64,000 nucleotides of DNA from Cyanobacteria bacterium J06626_4 (GCA_038523235.1 JBCBJQ010000010.1:32001-96000); one strand, 5' to 3'; shown: positions 30,420 to 41,643, counted from the first letter of the stretch. Numbers and translations are program-made. Notes: generated by a model not told the origin, from the letters alone.

Positions 30420-31931
30420 TTATTGCCAGTGGGGCGGCGTGCGACCATAGAGCCGAATTAACTCACGCAATCGTTCGCGCAGTTCACCGGTTAGCATCTC
30501 AGGGCGATACCGCCAGGCCCAGTTGCCGTCGGCTTTACCGGGCGAATTCATGCGGGCAAAGCTGCCTAAGCCCAGCACATCTTGCAGCGGCACGATCGCT
30601 TGATTGGCGATCGAACTCAACGCCAGGCGAATCATGCTCCAGTGAATGCCGTCACCGCTGAGACCACCGACATAACGTAGGGTGCGATCGCGCTCATATT
30701 CTGACGCCTGATCAAACCAACCCACCGTCGTGTCGTTGTCGTGAGTACCGGTGTAGATCAGGCAATTGCGCACGCAGTTAAAGGGTAGATAGGGGTTAGA
30801 GGCATTGTCCCCAAAGGCAAACTGTAGAATTTTCATGCCGGGAAAGCCAAACTGGTCGCGCAGCGCCTCGACCTCCGGTGTAATGACCCCGAGATCTTCG
30901 GCCAAGATCGGCAAACTGCCAAACTCCGCCTTTACTGCATTAAAAAAGGCTTCGCCCGGCGCTTCGATCCACTCGCCATTCAGCGCCGTCTTTTCGCCTT
31001 CGGGCACGGCCCAATAGGCCTGAAAGCCGCGAAAATGATCAATCCGGGTCAGATCGACATATTCCAACAGGGCCTTGATGCGCTGCAGCCACCAGCTGAA
31101 GCCCGTTTTTTGTAGGGTCTCCCAGTTATAGGTAGGGTTGCCCCACAGCTGCCCGGTTGCGCTGAAATAATCAGGGGGTACGCCCGCCATTTCGGAAGGC
31201 TCTAGCGTTTCCTCATCGATCATAAAATTCTCCGGAAACGCCCACACGTCGGCACTGTCGTGGGCGACATAAATCGGCATATCGCCCACCACCTGAATGT
31301 GGCGATCGTTGGCATACTGCTTGAGCGCTGCCCACTGGCGATAAAACTCAAACTGGAAATACTTGTGCTCAGCGATCAGACCTGAGAGCTTGTCATGCCA
31401 GAGCGCCATTGCCGGGGCTTCCCGCCGGGCCAAGGCCGGTTCCCACCGACTCCAGCTGGCCCCGCCGTTTGCCTTTTTTAACGCCATAAAGAAGGCATAG
31501 TCATCCAGCCAAAACGCTCGCTCTTGGCAAAACTGCTCATACTTTGTGCGCGTCTCTTTATCGGTGGACGCACTAAAGGCCTCAGCCGCTTTTTCTAACA
31601 GCTGCAGCTTGGCGGGCAAAACCCGGCCATAATCGACCGCATCTTCGGGAAAGTGGGGAAATGCCTCCAGATCGGCTTGAGTCAACAAGCCCACATCCTG
31701 CAGGTGCTCAAGACTGATGAGCATGTGGTTGCCCGCCATCGCGGAGTAAGACATGTAGGGAGAGTTGCCGTGACCCGTCGGGCCGATCGGCAAAATCTGC
31801 CACATCTGCTGACCCGTCTCAGCCAAAAAATCGACAAACTCGTAGGCCATCGGCCCGATATCGCCCATTCCAAAGGGGCCAGGCAACGAGGTGGGGTGCA
31901 GGAGAATACCACTAGCGCGCTGAAAAGGCAT
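30420..31931 (-). CDS. malQ: 4-alpha-glucanotransferase (amylomaltase)
   Basis: SGILLHPTSLPG, GVPPDYFSATGQLWGNP, RIDHFRG, AEDLG, YTGTHDNDT; alternative start 31943. Confidence 0.97.
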   Translation of the reverse strand: MPFQRASGILLHPTSLPGPFGMGDIGPMAYEFVDFLAETGQQMWQILPIGPTGHGNSPYMSYSAMAGNHMLISLEHLQDVGLLTQADLEAFPHFPEDAVDYGRVLPAKLQLLEKAAEAFSASTDKETRTKYEQFCQERAFWLDDYAFFMALKKANGGASWSRWEPALARREAPAMALWHDKLSGLIAEHKYFQFEFYRQWAALKQYANDRHIQVVGDMPIYVAHDSADVWAFPENFMIDEETLEPSEMAGVPPDYFSATGQLWGNPTYNWETLQKTGFSWWLQRIKALLEYVDLTRIDHFRGFQAYWAVPEGEKTALNGEWIEAPGEAFFNAVKAEFGSLPILAEDLGVITPEVEALRDQFGFPGMKILQFAFGDNASNPYLPFNCVRNCLIYTGTHDNDTTVGWFDQASEYERDRTLRYVGGLSGDGIHWSMIRLALSSIANQAIVPLQDVLGLGSFARMNSPGKADGNWAWRYRPEMLTGELRERLRELIRLYGRTPPHWQ

Positions 31932-32108
31932 GGCCTCTCCCATAACATCCCATAGACTTTAACATGGGGATTCTATGGAATACGTGCACAAAAGAGAGAT
32001 GTGGAGCGAAAAATTTTAGCCGCTGTAAAATGGCGCATTTTCCTGACCGATCGCCGCCAGACTCGCCTATCGTGATGACCAGAAAGTTTTGTCGTTGATG
32101 CTTGCCCT

Positions 32109-32537
32109 GTGACCTACCGCAACCCAGCTCCTACGGTCGATATCATTATTGAGCTGCGCGATCGCCCCCATCGCCCCATTGTGCTGATCGAGCGCCGTAA
32201 TGAACCCTTTGGCTGGGCGATTCCCGGTGGCTTTGTCGACTATGGCGAATCGGTCGAAGCGGCGGCTGTGCGCGAAGCTTTAGAAGAAACTCAGCTAGCA
32301 GTAGAGCTGATCGAACAGTTCCACGTTTACTCCGATCCGCGCCGCGATCCGCGCAAACATACGCTCAGCATTGTCTTTTTAGCCTGTGCTAAGGGCACGC
32401 CCGTCGCCGATGATGACGCCAAAGCGATCGCGCTCTTTAATCCCTGGGAAGTGCCGACCCAGCTCTGCTTTGACCACGATCGCATTTTGCAAGACTATTG
32501 GCGCTATCGACACTATGGGATACGCCCTCAGCTATAG
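32109..32537 (+). CDS. NUDIX hydrolase
   Basis: Nudix box [31 protein letters not shown]. Confidence 0.93.
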   Translation: MTYRNPAPTVDIIIELRDRPHRPIVLIERRNEPFGWAIPGGFVDYGESVEAAAVREALEETQLAVELIEQFHVYSDPRRDPRKHTLSIVFLACAKGTPVADDDAKAIALFNPWEVPTQLCFDHDRILQDYWRYRHYGIRPQL

Positions 32538-32576
32538 CGGGTGGCACACGGTGTAGACGGCCACGTCAGGGCTGGT

Positions 32577-33902
32577 TCAACTCACGACAGCGCCATATAG
32601 ATCGTAGACGTCTGCTGATTCGAGGCGAACTTGGGCGACTTGACCGAGGGCAGCAGCCCCTTTGAGATAGATCAAACCATCCACGTCAGGGGCAAATCGT
32701 GCTGATCGCCCAATCATTTCTCCCGTGGTGGGGTTTACCTGCTCAACGAGCACGTCTACAGTTTTGCCCACCTCAGCCTGGTTGCGCTGGAGCGAAATTG
32801 GTTGCTGAGCCTGCATCAGGCGATCGCGGCGATCGTCCATCACGGCCTGATCGATCTGATTGGGCAGCGTGGCTCCGGGCGTGCCTTCTTCAGCGGAATA
32901 GGTGAAGACGCCAACGTGGTCAAACTCGTGACGCTGCACAAAGGCCAGTAAATGCTCGAACTGCTCCTCCGTCTCGCCGGGAAAGCCGACGATAAACGTA
33001 GTGCGCATCACGGCGTTTGGCAGCGCCGCTTTGATGCGATGGATGATGTCGTCGTTGACGCGCCCCTGCCAGGGTCGGTTCATCGCCCGCAATACGTCCG
33101 GGTGAGAATGCTGCAGCGGTAAATCTAAGTAGGGCAGCACGTTGGGCACGTCTTTAATGGCGGTGATCACCGCCGGGGTCAACCCCGTGGGATAGGCATA
33201 GTGCATGCGAATCCATGGGATGTCGACTTCGCCGAGAGCGTACAGCAGCTCCGCTAGCTGCGGTTTGCCGTAGAGGTCAACGCCATAGTTAGTGGTGATT
33301 TGGGAGATGAGCACCAGTTCTTGAACGCCTTCGCTGGCCAGCTGCTGGGCTTCGGCCACGATCGACTCAATGGAGCGCGATCGCTGATCGCCCCGCAGAT
33401 GCGGAATAATGCAAAACGCACAGCGGTAGTTACAGCCCTCGGCCACTCTGAGGTAGGCGGTGCCTTCGGCAGTGGTGCGATAGCGGGGTAGCGTTTCATC
33501 GGCAATGTAGGTGGGCTCGGCGGAAACGGCTTTGACGCGTTCGCCCGCCTCAGCCCGCTCAATCACGTCCACAATTTTGTGATAATCGCCAGTGCCGACT
33601 AGCGCTACCGCTTCCGGAATTTCCTCCAGCAGCTCGTCCTTGAAGTGCTGGGCCAGGCAGCCGGTAATTACAATTTTCTTGTCGGCTTCGGCGAGTTCGA
33701 CCAAGGTGCGCACCGACTCTTGGCGGGCGGACTCAATAAAGCTGCAGGTATTGACGATGACGTAATCGGCCAGCTCTTCATTGGCATCCACGCCATAACC
33801 TGCCTGCACCAACAATCCCAGCATGTGCTCAGTGTCCACTCGATTCTTTTCGCAGCCTAAGTGCGTGACAGCAATGGTGGGACGGGTAGCGGCAACAGTC
33901 AT
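32577..33902 (-). CDS. rimO: Ribosomal protein S12 methylthiotransferase
   Basis: [29 protein letters not shown]-terminal TRAM (APDVDG); probable ATG 33902. Confidence 0.95.
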   Translation of the reverse strand: MTVAATRPTIAVTHLGCEKNRVDTEHMLGLLVQAGYGVDANEELADYVIVNTCSFIESARQESVRTLVELAEADKKIVITGCLAQHFKDELLEEIPEAVALVGTGDYHKIVDVIERAEAGERVKAVSAEPTYIADETLPRYRTTAEGTAYLRVAEGCNYRCAFCIIPHLRGDQRSRSIESIVAEAQQLASEGVQELVLISQITTNYGVDLYGKPQLAELLYALGEVDIPWIRMHYAYPTGLTPAVITAIKDVPNVLPYLDLPLQHSHPDVLRAMNRPWQGRVNDDIIHRIKAALPNAVMRTTFIVGFPGETEEQFEHLLAFVQRHEFDHVGVFTYSAEEGTPGATLPNQIDQAVMDDRRDRLMQAQQPISLQRNQAEVGKTVDVLVEQVNPTTGEMIGRSARFAPDVDGLIYLKGAAALGQVAQVRLESADVYDLYGAVVS

Positions 33903-34209
33903 AAGCAATCTAGAAATTTCTCGCAGAGGGGTCGCGGTCAAGCAGGCACAACATGATGCTATTGCAGGGCTCATGCAAACCCCTTGCTGGCATCAAATTG
34001 GACAAGCCGAATCGATTTTTGGGTTTACCAGTCTTTCATCGTAAAGGCTGGGTGGCATTTTGTGGGGGCCGCGATTTCCCAGTCCACCCTGGGTTGCAAA
34101 AGGAACCGCAAGAATGAGAGCGCTTGGGGTAAATTGGGTTAGTGGCACAGCGACTTTAGGGCGCTTTGCTAGATAAGCGATTTAGTCTTCGCATTCGAGA
34201 CCAGTTCAC

Positions 34210-35055
34210 GTGAGTTTAACGACTATTTTTAAGGCCACAACGCCCGTGATCGGGGTCGTCCATCTCTTGCCCTTACCCACTTCGCCAAGGTGGGGCGGCG
34301 ATCTGCAAAGGGTGATTGACCGGGCCGAGCAAGAAGCGACAGCGTTGGCCTCTGGGGGCGTCAGTGGCATTATTGTGGAAAACTTTTTCGACTCCCCCTT
34401 TCCCAAGGATCAGGTCGATCCGGCTGTGGTGAGTGCGATGAGTTTGATTGTGCATCGCCTGCAGCAGCTGGTGGCAGTGCCGGTCGGCATTAATGTGCTG
34501 AGAAACGATGCTCGCAGCGCCATGGCGATCGCCACCTGCGTCAACGCACAATTTATTCGCGTGAATGTATTGACTGGCGTGATGGCAACAGATCAGGGGC
34601 TGATCGAAGGCTGTGCGTACGAGCTGTTGCGGTATCGTCGGGAACTCGGCAGCGAGGTCAAGATTTTGGCCGATGTGCTGGTCAAACATGCCCGCCCCCT
34701 CGGCTCACCGAATCTCACCACCGCTGTGGAAGAAACGATTCAGCGCGGCTTGGCTGACGGCATCATTCTCTCTGGTTGGGCTACCGGCAGTCCACCCAGC
34801 TTAGAGGATTTGGAACTGGCGAAAACCGCTGCTAAGGACATTCCCGTTTTCATCGGCAGCGGCGCTAATTGGGAAAATATTGGCAAACTGATTCAGTCGG
34901 CGGATGGGGCGATCGTGGCGAGTTCGCTCAAGCGCAAGGGCGATATCAATCAGCCGATCGATCCGATTCGAGTGCGTCAATTTATCGAGTCTTTAGAAGC
35001 CGGTGTCTCTATTCGTGAATCAGCAACGGAGTATCGACCGGTTACGGCGGTCTAA
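34210..35055 (+). CDS. btpA: Photosystem I biogenesis protein BtpA
   Basis: IGVVHLLPLPTSPRWGG, VENFFD, GINVLRND, ADVLVKHA. Confidence 0.93.
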   Translation: MSLTTIFKATTPVIGVVHLLPLPTSPRWGGDLQRVIDRAEQEATALASGGVSGIIVENFFDSPFPKDQVDPAVVSAMSLIVHRLQQLVAVPVGINVLRNDARSAMAIATCVNAQFIRVNVLTGVMATDQGLIEGCAYELLRYRRELGSEVKILADVLVKHARPLGSPNLTTAVEETIQRGLADGIILSGWATGSPPSLEDLELAKTAAKDIPVFIGSGANWENIGKLIQSADGAIVASSLKRKGDINQPIDPIRVRQFIESLEAGVSIRESATEYRPVTAV

Positions 35056-35130
35056 ATTCCTCTCTGAGGTTCCAGAAGTCGCCCACACAAGCTCAGCCGA
35101 TTCGGTCGGGTCAGCCACGGATGACGTTGA

Positions 35131-35324
35131 CCTTACCGCCTGCGGCACCTCTCCTTCATCAAACCTGAGTTCGGGATAAGGGCATCAGGCACACTCCCCC
35201 ATCTGTTGAGGTGACTGCCAACGACAGTGTGGGTGTCGATCCTCCCGCTGAGAGGTGTTCAACCCACCCCATTAGCCCCTCCCCAGAGGGGAAAGAAACA
35301 GGGTTTGGCTTCACCCGAACTGGC
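35131..35324. mobile_element. REP half-site followed by a MITE-like element
   Basis: ccttaccgcctgcggcacctctcctt (35131-35156), then TIRs gagttcgggataag (35167-35180) and cttcacccgaactg (35309-35322). Confidence 0.55.
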
Positions 35325-35326
35325 AA

Positions 35327-38233
35327 TCAAGGAGAGGTGTGGCCACTTGATTTAGGCAGCGAGGCGCGTTGCCGGTGCGATCGCAGCACTATCCACCCTA
35401 AGATGACTCCGATGAACAGTATGGCCAAGGGCGTGCCGTTTTCAGGCACCGAGACATTGAGCGGATCACCAGGGTCGGTGAGGGTGTCTTCACCGGTTTC
35501 GATCTCGCGGTCAAAGCGACTGAGGTCGTTTTCGGCGGCTTTCAGGGCTTCGCGCTGGCGATCGTTCACCAGCACCAGCATGGAGGAATAGGGCGTGACG
35601 ATTTCGGTACGCTTGGCGATCGCATGCAGCTCATCCAGCGCGGCAATTTGAGTGACGTCGCGATGGCGACTCAGCCAGCGAATTGCCTGCCGCGCTGCCA
35701 AGGCAGTAAAATCGCCATCGGCCTTAGCCGTGGTGGCCGCAGTCCCAGTGGGAGTCGCCGCGATCGCCCACTGATAGCCATCCATGACAGTGCCCGCCGT
35801 TTGCTGCTCAACGGCAAAGCGGTTGGTCGCCTCGGCCAGTGTCGTCGCTACCCCACCGCGAGAATCGGCCAGATGTTGCTGCAGTGCGTCGGCGTAGGCG
35901 GTCGGCACATCGCCCCCCAAATGCACCAGCCAGAGCGAGCCGGGCAGGATTGGCACCGTCGCCTGGTCAGCTTCGAGTTCGTAGTTGCCGGCGTCGGTGA
36001 GCACCAGAATAGCCTCGTACTCTGCGCCCTGCCGCAGACTATCGAGCTGCTGCAGCTGCTCCGTTAAAGACAGACTGCCGTAAAAGGACAGGTCGGCCAC
36101 CGTGGGCGGCTGGTTGAGCTGCTGGGCAGGCATGCCGGTCTCAGAGGTGATGAACCAATCGACGGGATTATCAGCCGCGATCGCAGTCATCTCGGTTAGA
36201 GCCTGAGTCAGTTCAGCGGTGCGATCGCCCATGCTGCGAGAGGTGTCAATCAACACGGCTAAGCGCTGATCGGTGAGGGGCACTGCGGGATTGGCGGCGA
36301 TTGGCGTAGCCGAGACCTGATAGCCTTCCGCTAGGGTGGCCTGATGGATTTGTGGCGCAGCTACCACCTGAGCAGGAATGGCCGGTTCGTACCAAACATC
36401 GTCGGCATCTTTGAGTTTTTGACCCAGGCGACGACGTTCGGTTTTTGGCGTCCAGTAGAGGTTCCGCTTTTCGGTGAGTTGCGGCAGCGGCCAACCGCCC
36501 GCCTGTTGAGGCACCTGATAGGTCATCCATAGATGGGTAATACCGGGATTGCCCCAGCTCACCCGTCGGGGAATGGGAAACACCCGCAGCCGATATTGGC
36601 GGGGGCCAACCTGTTCTAGCAGGGCCGGATCTTCGGCGATGCTCAGCCGTTCGGCGCGTTCGATTTCCTGCTTATAGACCTGCTGCGCGGCCCCTCGGGG
36701 TGACACGACAAAGGGATAGCGTTCGGCGAGGTCGGCTTCCCCTAGCCAGATGCCCGTGATGGCAGCACTTTCAGGCAGCGAGAATTGATAAACGATTTCC
36801 TGCGCGTCGGTCGTAAAGTTTTCGTAGCGTTCGTAGAGGGTGACCTCGGCCCAGTCGCCTGCTGGCTTAACCGTGACCTCTTGCTGAGCTAGGGCGACGA
36901 CGCGATCGGTGATGTTGAGCAACCCGGCGGCGATGCCGTCCCGCTGCACGGTCGATTCCAACGCATGTTGAATGGCTTCAGACTCAGCCTTTTGAATCGG
37001 CGTGTCAAAAAAGTCGGCATAGAGCTGGGCGGCGTTTTCCACATCGTCGCGATCGCCGCGATACAAAAACGGCGACATCAAGGTGTTGTGCCAGTTTTGC
37101 AAGACCTGAGCCTGATCGCGCGTCAGGGGCAACACATTGGGATACCAGTTGGCCAAGCGGTTGGCCCCTTGCCAGGTGCTGAGGTAGCGATAGCGCTGCA
37201 GATAGGCGTTGAGCAAGCCTACCCGAATTTGGGGCGACTGCTGGGTCAGGGCCTGTCGGGCCGCAATCGAGGTGGGCGGCTGCTCTAGCAGCGCCAAGGT
37301 GTTCACCTGCGGCTGCGGCGACGTCAGCACAAACCCGGCACTTAATCCGGCGATGACGCTGCCGGTGATGGCCCACGCCTGCCAAGCCCCAAACTGCTGA
37401 CTAAACGCATGGCGAATGCGCCGCCACGATTGGGTAAACGTGAATACTAGGGCATAGGGGAGGCCCACAAATAAGGTGGCGCTAAAGCCGGCTAGGGCAA
37501 ACAGGCTGAGCACCATGACCGAAGAAAACGCTCCGACGAGCAAAAACTCTATGAATTCAATCGGCCCCTGTGGAGTATTCGCCTGCCAGGACCATTGAAT
37601 GTGTTGCCACAAAGCCCCCAGCCATTCCAGCCGAATCAGGTCACCCAGCAGTGCCCACAGCAGCGGCACAGTATAGAACAGCAGCAGGCTACCAGCATAG
37701 GCACCCACAGCGAGTACGACGGTATGCGCCACCATTTGAAAGCGGGCTAAGCCTTTGCTGTAGGCGGCGTAGCCAAAGACCAGCTCCAGGGCCATCGTGG
37801 CGATCGCGATCGCGCCTGCCACCACAATCAGCGTGCTGGCGGGTGTCAGCTCGCGCAAGATAAACATGCGCAGGATGCTGAGCGCCATGATCGGCGCTTC
37901 GACCCCGTAAAACAACCGCATCAGCGAGGTGGGATGCTTCCGCAGCTTGACCAGACCCACCCCGGCGCAGACGGGCGGTACCGCTAAAAATGCCAGCAGC
38001 GGTACCACGAAAGGAAATGGCACCTGTCCCGTCACCAAAGCCCCAATCAGCGGCACCCCAATAAAGGGCATAAAGCCCAGATAGACGACCATCAAAAAGA
38101 GGCCGTTCCAGGACCAAAAGATGCTGTGGCAAGAAAAACTCAGCAGAAACCGCCACCAGCGCTGACGCGGTGCTGAGCGGACTTGTCGCCACGACGATTG
38201 CAGGGTCTGAGAGAGCAAAAGCAACGAGTTCAT
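35327..38233 (-). CDS. PEP-CTERM integral membrane protein (TIGR02921-like) with VIT/vWA-like regions
   Basis: Multi-TM N-terminus, FSLPESAAITGIWLG, DPALLEQVGPRQYRLRVFPIP, DTSRSM, C-terminal VPEN-TM-basic tail. Confidence 0.82.
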   Translation of the reverse strand: MNSLLLLSQTLQSSWRQVRSAPRQRWWRFLLSFSCHSIFWSWNGLFLMVVYLGFMPFIGVPLIGALVTGQVPFPFVVPLLAFLAVPPVCAGVGLVKLRKHPTSLMRLFYGVEAPIMALSILRMFILRELTPASTLIVVAGAIAIATMALELVFGYAAYSKGLARFQMVAHTVVLAVGAYAGSLLLFYTVPLLWALLGDLIRLEWLGALWQHIQWSWQANTPQGPIEFIEFLLVGAFSSVMVLSLFALAGFSATLFVGLPYALVFTFTQSWRRIRHAFSQQFGAWQAWAITGSVIAGLSAGFVLTSPQPQVNTLALLEQPPTSIAARQALTQQSPQIRVGLLNAYLQRYRYLSTWQGANRLANWYPNVLPLTRDQAQVLQNWHNTLMSPFLYRGDRDDVENAAQLYADFFDTPIQKAESEAIQHALESTVQRDGIAAGLLNITDRVVALAQQEVTVKPAGDWAEVTLYERYENFTTDAQEIVYQFSLPESAAITGIWLGEADLAERYPFVVSPRGAAQQVYKQEIERAERLSIAEDPALLEQVGPRQYRLRVFPIPRRVSWGNPGITHLWMTYQVPQQAGGWPLPQLTEKRNLYWTPKTERRRLGQKLKDADDVWYEPAIPAQVVAAPQIHQATLAEGYQVSATPIAANPAVPLTDQRLAVLIDTSRSMGDRTAELTQALTEMTAIAADNPVDWFITSETGMPAQQLNQPPTVADLSFYGSLSLTEQLQQLDSLRQGAEYEAILVLTDAGNYELEADQATVPILPGSLWLVHLGGDVPTAYADALQQHLADSRGGVATTLAEATNRFAVEQQTAGTVMDGYQWAIAATPTGTAATTAKADGDFTALAARQAIRWLSRHRDVTQIAALDELHAIAKRTEIVTPYSSMLVLVNDRQREALKAAENDLSRFDREIETGEDTLTDPGDPLNVSVPENGTPLAILFIGVILGWIVLRSHRQRASLPKSSGHTSP

Positions 38234-38661
38234 CGGTGTTGCCAGGGGTAAAAAATAGTTGTCTACAGGATGGCTGCTGTTCTGGCCTAATGCCTAGGTC
38301 GATCGGGTCGGATTAAGTCGGGGAAGGTAAGCCATGACACTCGGGGCATACAGTCTTTTTTCAACTGCAATCAGCTCAGTTCCGCAAAGGTTGAGATGAA
38401 TCGGTCTGATCCCTTAGCCGCCTGGGTCTGCCCCCTCTCGGGGAGATGGCAGCGAGTTGCCCCCAGCTGAGGGCTCACGCGCTGGCACCCACAACTGCGT
38501 CAGGCCTGATAGCCTGTCTGATGGCTCCCGCGTTGGCCAGTCCGACGCGGGCTGGGATAGCTCCGGCTGCAACCGTTTATCAACAACAGCGCTCTGGCAC
38601 TGCGGTGCTTAAAGAAAGGGCCTGCTGGTGCCATGGCAACCCAATGACACCAGCAGTACCA

Positions 38662-39084
38662 TCAGCTGTCGGTTAATGATGGTAGATGCTTGTTCTTTAA
38701 CCGTGACGAGGTCAAGACGGATTTTGTGGCCAGTACGATCGCCAGCTCTGCGGTCAGGGCATCTTCGGCGCGATACGCTTCCCACGTGCCCGAATCAAAA
38801 CAGCCGATGCGCCAATGGCCACACATATAGCTGCCATCTTCAGTCAACGTCCCGCTATAGCGGATCGGGCTGGGCGAAGACATCAAATAGCGCTTGACGA
38901 AAAAAATGCGGTTGCCCAATAATTCGCCTGTGATCCAGGCTTCACCTAAATAGTTGGCATCCAAAATACGCCCATCTAAAATATTGCCCCCTTGAACGAG
39001 GGTGGCGGCAAATTGTGTGGGGTGTCCGGCTTGCCAATAGGTGCCGCACCAATCTCCACTCATGTTGATAGCGATGGGGGTCAT
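38662..39084 (-). CDS. Hypothetical protein
   Basis: ORF 38662..39135, probable start 39084; MSGDWCGTYWQ...F.KRY...I.YSGTL...G.W beta-rich pattern. Confidence 0.6.
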   Translation of the reverse strand: MTPIAINMSGDWCGTYWQAGHPTQFAATLVQGGNILDGRILDANYLGEAWITGELLGNRIFFVKRYLMSSPSPIRYSGTLTEDGSYMCGHWRIGCFDSGTWEAYRAEDALTAELAIVLATKSVLTSSRLKNKHLPSLTDS

Positions 39085-39642
39085 ACGTCTGCGTTCAAAG
39101 GAAATCAAAAGTTTGGGTCGGTTGGGATGCGGCATCGAGTGGTCATTGGCCCCGTACCCTGAAGGGGGCGAGTCCCAATTTCAGGCAGTCGGCGAAGCGG
39201 GAGGCATGCAGTCTTTTGGGCCTACCCAAGAGGAACCTACCCAAGTGATCCCCAGCCTCCTATCCAGCTGCTGCACCGGTTTCAACGCCGCCTTGCGCCA
39301 GGGCTGCATGCTCGATCAAGAGATTCCAAAAGAGACGTGATCAGCACCAAGTTAGATGCCAGACAGTCTCGATATCAGCGACAGTCGGGCCACTGATCTG
39401 GGTGGAGATCGCCAAGGCTCAGCGCAAATTCTAGCGTTGGGCTAGGCATCTGTGTGCAGGGCTCGGCCCTTACCCAACATTTTCAGGTTAAATACGTTCT
39501 CGATCTGGGGCACGGTTCAACCCAAATAGTCGGCACCCGATTTATAAGTGCTTGCCTAACGGCGCTGAGCGACTCAGATCCTCATCTCGGTATAAACCCC
39601 AGGCCAGTAGGATAAATAAGAAGACTTGCGAATTGGTTCACC

Positions 39643-40479
39643 ATGAGACTGTACGTAATTTCGGCTTTAGTGATAGCGTTCCTTGCTATCTTATTCGCGC
39701 TGCAAAACACTAATCTGGTGACAATTCAACTTTTCTTGTGGGAATATCGACAATCTCTGGCGCTAATTTTGTTAGTCACCTTAGCGATTGGGGTGATTAT
39801 TGGCCTGCTGGTATCCGTGCCGGCTCTCATTCGTCGTAACCTCAAAACCGCGCGCTTCCAAAAACAAGCCGACAGTCTCACCGACACCATTCAAGCCAAA
39901 GAGCAGGCGATCGCCACGGCCACCCAAACGGCCTATACGACCCAGCGAAATTACGAAGAGCTGCTGCAATCGCTCGGCGTGCTTGATCCCGTCACCGGGC
40001 TGATTCGACAAGACTTGATGCCTCAAACGGTGTCGGCCCAGCTGACCCATTTTCAGAAGCGAGAAGAGGTGGCTCAACTCCCGGCGCTGAGTGTGCTCAT
40101 ATTCAAAGTGCTGCCCGTGCTCGAAGACGGCTATCCCCTAGAAGCGATGTTTGCCTCAGTGGCCGAGCTGCTACGGCAACGGGCGTCTTTGAAGACCTGG
40201 TTTTATAGCGATGGGCGTGGGCTGTTTGCCGCTACCTTGACGGGCCTCGACACCAAAGCCATGACCCACTACAGCGAAGAGCTACAGGCCGCAATTCTAG
40301 AGCATCCGCCCGTGTTGCCCACGGGCAAGACGATGGAGCTGGATGTCAGCGTCGGCGGCGCGATCGCCGAAACCCCCACCGTGATCGATGGTCACCAGCT
40401 CGTGCAAACGGCTGAAAAAGCCCTGGAAGAAGCGCTGCAACGCGGCCGCAATCGCGTCAGAATCTTGCAGGCCTCATAG
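39643..40479 (+). CDS. LapA-family membrane domain fused to a degenerate GGDEF domain
   Basis: FALQNT.LV.IQLFLW...SLALILL; DPVTGL, SVGGA, AL..A..RGRNRV, but no GGDEF motif. Confidence 0.72.
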   Translation: MRLYVISALVIAFLAILFALQNTNLVTIQLFLWEYRQSLALILLVTLAIGVIIGLLVSVPALIRRNLKTARFQKQADSLTDTIQAKEQAIATATQTAYTTQRNYEELLQSLGVLDPVTGLIRQDLMPQTVSAQLTHFQKREEVAQLPALSVLIFKVLPVLEDGYPLEAMFASVAELLRQRASLKTWFYSDGRGLFAATLTGLDTKAMTHYSEELQAAILEHPPVLPTGKTMELDVSVGGAIAETPTVIDGHQLVQTAEKALEEALQRGRNRVRILQAS

Positions 40480-40607
40480 GATGAAGAAAAGGCTCTTTGC
40501 TGCGGCCTTTCTCTCTCAACCCAAGCTAAAATCAACGACTTGTCACCTCAGCGATTGCGCGATCGTGGGTGGCCAGCCCTCAACGGCTTTTCTGACCTGA
40601 TAGGAGC

Positions 40608-41210
40608 ATTAGTCCCATTTACGCTCGCCCCCTCTCTCGACTCATCGAAGAACTCCAGAAGCTGCCCGGCGTGGGGCCCAAGACCGCTCAGCGGCTGGCG
40701 CTGCATCTGCTTAAACGACCAGATGGTGAAGTGCAAGCCCTGGCCCAAGCCCTGATCGATGCCAAATCTCAGATGGGGTACTGCTCCATCTGTTTTCATC
40801 TATCGGCTGAGCCGGTGTGCGATATCTGCAAATCAACCAGCCGTGATTTGCAAACGCTGTGCGTTGTGGCTGATTCTCGGGATGTCATCGCACTGGAAAG
40901 AACCCGCGAGTACAAAGGCAGGTACCACGTTTTGGGCGGGATGATTTCGCCAATGGATGGCATTGGCCCTGAGCAACTCAACATTGGGCCGCTAGTGCAC
41001 CGAGTGAATAAAGAAAACATTCAGGAAGCCATCATTGCGATCAGTCCCAGTATCGAAGGCGACACCACCACCCTGTATTTGGGACAGCTACTCAAGCCGT
41101 TTACTAAAGTGACCCGCATTGCCTTTGGCTTGCCGATGGGCGGCGACCTGGAATATGCCGATGAGGTGACTCTGGCCCGTGCCCTCGAAGGTCGGCGGCA
41201 GCTGGACTAG
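40608..41210 (+). CDS. recR: Recombination mediator RecR (probable non-canonical ATT start)
   Basis: [29 protein letters not shown]4 zinc finger, [27 protein letters not shown]. Confidence 0.93.
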   Translation: MSPIYARPLSRLIEELQKLPGVGPKTAQRLALHLLKRPDGEVQALAQALIDAKSQMGYCSICFHLSAEPVCDICKSTSRDLQTLCVVADSRDVIALERTREYKGRYHVLGGMISPMDGIGPEQLNIGPLVHRVNKENIQEAIIAISPSIEGDTTTLYLGQLLKPFTKVTRIAFGLPMGGDLEYADEVTLARALEGRRQLD

Positions 41211-41235
41211 GTGAGCGCTCGCTCCCAGCTCTGCC

Positions 41236-41355
41236 TAATACCAATTCGCTGAATTTAGACTACACATCCCCAAAAGTGTGTAGCCCCCTTCGACAAGGGG
41301 GCAGCGACAGCGGGGGATCACCGATCTGTAGCGCTATTTTGCAGAACTGGCATAA
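41236..41355. mobile_element. MITE/REP-like element after recR
   Basis: Imperfect TIRs taataccaattc / gaactggcataa, inner ctacacatc / gatctgtag, central gccccctt-aagggggc hairpin. Confidence 0.55.
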
Positions 41356-41643
41356 CAGGGACGCGATTGTCGGGCAACAAACAAGAATTGATGTGAATGC
41401 TTGCCCAGCTGTGCGGAGGGTACCTCTGCCTCTATTCGGGGAAATTACATATAAATTTTTAGAAAACTCCTCGGGTCGTCCGCGATCGCTAAGAAAAGAG
41501 AACTGGAGGGCTCAACTCCGTAGCCAGTGTTCAGCCAACTACACTGATAGTGCAGACACTTTCCACCGTGATGCTGCGAAAAATTCGGGGTTGTCTGCCC
41601 GCTTGAGCCTCACCCTGTCAACTTCATCGAGCAACCCGCGACT

